DNA from: Monocercomonoides exilis PA203
Lineage: Eukaryota > Protista > Preaxostyla
Length of the DNA stretch: 64,000 nt
Direction: 5' to 3'
Assembly: GCA_001643675.2 (NCBI GenBank)
Contig: LSRY02000024.1
Span: 992,001 to 1,056,000, forward strand
Part shown: piece by piece, positions 63,701-64,000 of the stretch
Layout of the letters: each line of letters begins with the position of its first letter
How positions within the stretch are numbered: the first letter of the stretch is position 1
The notes under the pieces: generated by a model
Databases searched by the model: none
What the model saw: the letters and a program-made list of their open reading frames with translations, nothing else
Told to the model about the DNA's origin: nothing
Program-made: the position numbers and the translations under genes

Positions 63701-64000
63701 TGAAAAATACCCTTCTCTTCGGCAGAATATTATTTGTTCAGATTCTGCCTCACTGACCATTTCGAGCTTGAAAGGTGGAGATGGAGTGAAGGATGACTCA
63801 TCAATGTGGATTTTGAATGATGGATGTGATTTGAGAGGGATAGCAGGAGAAAGGGCATCTCCTTTGTTCATTCCCAGACTGGAAGAAGTTTCTGTGAATG
63901 AAAGTGGAAGCAACATTGAATTGAAATTCAAGGGTTTACTTCTTCTTCCTTGTGATCTATCGTTCAGGCTTGAGTATAACACAGGGGATGTAGAATTGGT
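57795..64000 (+). CDS. Giant beta-helix surface/receptor-like protein of the same family; 3' end lies outside the window
   Basis: ATG at 57795 with signal-like MIVHWLLFSWLLFANIF. The frame is open for 2068 codons to the window edge, so it is not in the ORF track. It has GGAL/GGAI repeats, CGxxxxPC caps, and ends in the family stalk motif ICEWNGS..YPSLRQNIIC..SLKGGDG..SMWIL..LFIP..LLPCDL. Confidence 0.88.
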   Translation, partial: MIVHWLLFSWLLFANIFEGQCVTQTSSLENQEASADSRFQYFQACLNGNRTKDEHFLEKSTKANELNPDISLWGKRWQNGASSSINTFFGFFNSSVGLKNVALEYSSSPFVLITGKSSIMMDSCISRQKSASPFHLQSGSICLTNMTLIPQKNLNPSSLVFSSDGSNSAILRNCIMADLAVSSSDYFLVSGKSKNEQINDCAFRNISVKPFKSSDYLMEHSCFRSSMENCLIYSCVNIFEGGISSGAFSSQEFVCKNISSHFGKREANELERKQRIDTTASQFFSLCEWEDCTAPQGGALYVHDNEKAILIVENSSFTRCNASSTNGGGICAQRIAESIVLHSSFIQCSAAATNGFGGAGIIFDNVNTQPLVDDCLFQNGSSADDGGAIYFYQTKTERQKVGVVNSFFDNCRCNSTVDGAGGAIIHWVPSDKVSISNCLFSHCYAMCWGGAVCIEINSCNMGILFLYCFFHNNTCGKLGHVLSLQGSTSNNIDSTCYSTSQTTNRVCTNFYSNVDHSEWLRKDFGNVRFVSSTETQPNAKDTYACGLDESHACSTISRCLTQLIPGIVTDIEIFSGTIIETKNVDCGINTYAIYGQSDLSTTIRTKLDASGLSLFSVSAGTLTPRDFVLVHDSSHPNNRGSRLFEISGAGEISIRRLNISFGSEQSTETAFFTELINVQNGVFQMENVNWAKTVSIVSLFSLSLTNEISLTLLVCSFDGIERTTSGAAVMSFSNDKANIDLNLCTFEGCGSTTSADGGSMMLCAGNENEVKVKDGAFDGCFCSSSNGLGGGILLRLLNENPDFLISSSFGTNTAKWGRDIFVLSPNLEETATSRKIACVTSSSDSVDKVRGYDNGNTSVAIPLCIYLLPTPEEIHVSNVEASDHSNCGIVKFPCLTMKHSLTRLTGTKKIIVNGMILMNDELAFANQKHEIRGNDDQSGWTVSDASSPLNSAMTTASFETELSKLIFSLPSSLSSHSTFISSSSSLTLSQCSLTLQDPSSEISFLFLSGESGILTIDKFSASSINLSGNPLISLSGSSTEAEFMNTPWLSMTNSNFTEIKRTAGNGSCVSIDNSNDENSNGEINIEECDFDGCSVLGEGNRGGAINAQLKGNIQMNIVSCTFTECTAPAGEEKIGFGGGMALKLIDDDSSFVISSPVFDADKPNVAKYGNDVFVESSNLTKSITNTSLPFVTENLSDISLNSLRGFDGNDTTNVIPLIYFWLSLGSEIFIGGEGKDMGACGFSDYPCLSIDYSLMRLAEGNEIYINIIGKGYLRKSVDVSGASIKSKDSSSICSLECNSSLEGAEGAAMKIQGITNFELINFAIPSSFASGVNVLMHVGSSEGLLTVKDCSFTKKGDDREEVTHCGLIKAEGGTVVLELVTMQLLSFPQDVISVLSATILRIKNLTMKNVELEGASGLSITKSSRRENNEIEQNIVIEWSLFEEVTQNTTDDISIIRNEIDDKPLKIVIRNTTMKGCGGTRCGKGGGMFCVLNEGGSFDCSFCTISECFCSTTGRGGWLFLECTSTAEQPLNFVLSNITFRDNTALKGRDAYVQCHSIETQIVEEQFLLDFRAPFVKDLAVWGCTTDSFEGEEDLLLRVVKYQSETIFVSSVANNHGDNKQCGEFNAPCRSLNAGVQHIIPSSYSQLLISEESVINRGCDARDVIIRSLKSPSVALVYLNSTIGDDEGSLIRTSGNVRIERLKFSVGQLFSYSGSSIIHEANGQLSLSFVDFSSIGESNGIEAVVLNSSLLSIESGILHIDNCSVSLLSFKKPSFLLSGDEISLTNVKLEKIESIASVFELGQCGGVVFNGACADGVKLSEGCIIGISSSTSGTISIGSTSFKNCSRNSEGASVLSASSSSAEIVLSNCSCESCNSLSDKGGIIDVNELRNVSMNLCQFSGMVAKESESGNDNAFEEICEWNGSLVHSENSDLQMVEIKIENSSKGGISIKGGKTVIEMGMLANNNPFIEKYPSLRQNIICSDSASLTISSLKGGDGVKDDSSMWILNDGCDLRGIAGERASPLFIPRLEEVSVNESGSNIELKFKGLLLLPCDLSFRLEYNTGDVEL

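Noticed and set aside
57911-63982. Minus-strand ORFs of 60-304 aa near the right edge
   Set aside because: They are antisense shadows of the single open plus-strand frame starting at 57795.
1-64000. Full reassignment of TAG (or TAR) to an amino acid as in Streblomastix
   Set aside because: Only two internal-looking TAGs occur across many thousands of codons, and TAA clearly ends several genes. A reassigned codon would appear far more often.

Overview
This is AT-rich, intron-containing eukaryotic (protist) genomic DNA. The short GT-AG introns, poly-Ser/poly-Glu expansions inside coding regions and giant beta-helix surface proteins resemble the oxymonad Monocercomonoides (inference, not checked by search). 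From left to right the window holds: a 3'-truncated AbpF-like giant protein (-); a 449-bp pogo/Tc1-type MITE; a decayed Merlin/IS1595-family transposase; CWC22 copy 1 (-); two giant single-pass beta-helix surface proteins (-); an ankyrin-DHHC palmitoyltransferase (+); CWC22 copy 2 (+); MCM4 (+); a ~3360-codon receptor-like pseudokinase gene split by one in-frame TAG (-); a Kazal-like/Ser-Pro-rich gene (+); and a fourth giant beta-helix surface protein running off the right edge (+). The most notable observations are: (1) the two CWC22 copies form ~3.2-kb near-identical inverted arms around a ~24-kb surface-protein/palmitoyltransferase cassette; (2) two of the giant surface genes have in-frame TAGs with the reading frame continuing beyond them; (3) a structured ~130-nt element lies just 3' of one of those genes; (4) all four giant proteins share an unnamed membrane-proximal domain; (5) MCM4 appears to lack its N-terminal S/T-rich extension but has a 183-residue Ser-rich segment just before Walker A.
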